DNA of 64,000 nucleotides from Vulcanimicrobiota bacterium (GTDB lineage Bacteria; Vulcanimicrobiota; Xenobia; Xenobiales; JADMJV01): NCBI GenBank assembly GCA_050250895.1, contig JBFWNU010000004.1, positions 686,934 to 750,933 of the forward strand, read 5' to 3'. Shown piece by piece: positions 63,153 to 64,000 of this stretch (position 1 is its first letter; each line of letters starts with the position of its first letter). The notes under the pieces were generated by a model. It saw only the letters and a program-made list of their open reading frames with translations, ran no database searches and was not told where the DNA came from. The position numbers and the translations under genes were made by a program.

Positions 63153-63937
63153 TGCAACTCCACGCTGGGGACAGGCGGATCTCCGTTGTCAATCAGGCGA
63201 CCAAAGTAGCGGCTGATGACGCGCAGGCGCACCGTGCCCGAGGCATAGCCCAGCGTGCCGCCGGCCATGGTCAATTCGTTGCGCAACGTTACCTGGTGAC
63301 CGTTGCGCGGGGCGGTGCTTAGCAGCAAAGCCGCATTGCCGGTCTCGGGCAACAAGAACCACTCGAAGGTTACGTTGGAAATCGGCTCACCGGAACCATC
63401 GAGCAGGACCGCCTCGAAAGTGGCCTCGGCAGCCCGGGCCAGGGGCAGGCTGCCACTCGATAGGTTCACCTGGAGTTCGGGAGCCAACCCGAGCGGGCGG
63501 GGCGCTTCGGGCAGATAAGAAACCAGGTTCAGTGGAGGCAAGCCGGGGCTGGTGGCCGTCACCTCGACGGGCATCACGGCCCGGGGCAAGACTCGCTCCC
63601 GACCGGGCCAGTTGGCCTCGAGATGGGAGCACGGACTGGTGAGGGCCAGGCCTGTACCCTCGCAATAGACCGTGGCCTCTATGGTCGAATCCTCGGAACT
63701 GGTCTGGGTGCGGCCATTCCAATAGGACCAATCCGAGCCGAAGTTGTCGGGGTCCAGGGCCCAGGCGCGGACCTCGTCCATGACCTTTTCGGCAAAGGCC
63801 TGCTGCTCGGCCATCCTGACTTCGTTGACGGCAAAGCGCGAACTGCGGTTGAGCAGAGTGCTGACCACGATGACCCCCATCAGCAATACGAAGATGGCAA
63901 AGATGGCCTCGAGCAAGAACGCTCCCCGCCTATTCAA
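63149..63937 (-). CDS. Prepilin-type (PilV/GspI-like) protein with C-terminal Ig-like domain
   Basis: RG|AFLLEAIFA. Overlapping operon with the two downstream pilins. Confidence 0.82.
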   Translation of the reverse strand: MNRRGAFLLEAIFAIFVLLMGVIVVSTLLNRSSRFAVNEVRMAEQQAFAEKVMDEVRAWALDPDNFGSDWSYWNGRTQTSSEDSTIEATVYCEGTGLALTSPCSHLEANWPGRERVLPRAVMPVEVTATSPGLPPLNLVSYLPEAPRPLGLAPELQVNLSSGSLPLARAAEATFEAVLLDGSGEPISNVTFEWFLLPETGNAALLLSTAPRNGHQVTLRNELTMAGGTLGYASGTVRLRVISRYFGRLIDNGDPPVPSVELQ

Positions 63938-64000
63938 TCAACCCACCACCCACCAGCCAGGTGCCGCCCATGTCGAAGGCTCCCGAGTTGCTCACCGAGC

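Noticed and set aside
63930-64000. 3' end of a further minus-strand gene
   Set aside because: Only ~22 codons are visible, too few to call.

Overview
GC-rich, gene-dense bacterial chromosomal window with about 60 CDSs, one atypical tRNA-Gly and an adjacent degenerate tRNA-like element. I found no CRISPR array, rRNA, intact transposase or integrase. The gene content resembles what I associate with Eremiobacterota/Vulcanimicrobiota (Xenobia-like); this is an inference, not a database result. Ordinary content includes a Met-rich RND efflux system (with a permease-TolC fusion), a Uma2 nuclease, a histidine kinase, an HDAC-family deacetylase, PilZ and TerB proteins, lactate monooxygenase, an HpnN-like MMPL transporter, aldehyde dehydrogenase, an amidohydrolase and pilin-like genes. 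Five signals stand out. (1) A dispersed set of orphan genes whose products carry low-complexity N-terminal extensions lacking a Sec signal (GH63, permuted papain amidase, GT28, SLT, glycine zippers, a beta-barrel-like protein, a zincin toxin-like protein). Most of them share one promoter architecture: 11-bp-period direct repeats, then N10, a -10 box, and usually N6-8 to a leaderless ATG. This is a candidate co-regulated secreted-effector regulon. (2) A shared C-terminal motif (W-x-x-V-G-x-Q-x-V-P-V-R-D/E) on two otherwise unrelated proteins. (3) Two paralogous modules, each a Gly/Cys-rich micropeptide, a hairpin, and a ~300-aa zinc-ribbon helical protein. (4) A 1.65-kb mosaic array of 12 units carrying 24 CTTCC-N4-GGAAG-type palindromes. 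(5) A discrete four-hairpin sRNA candidate next to the tRNAs. All functional calls come from reading motifs by eye; no searches were run.
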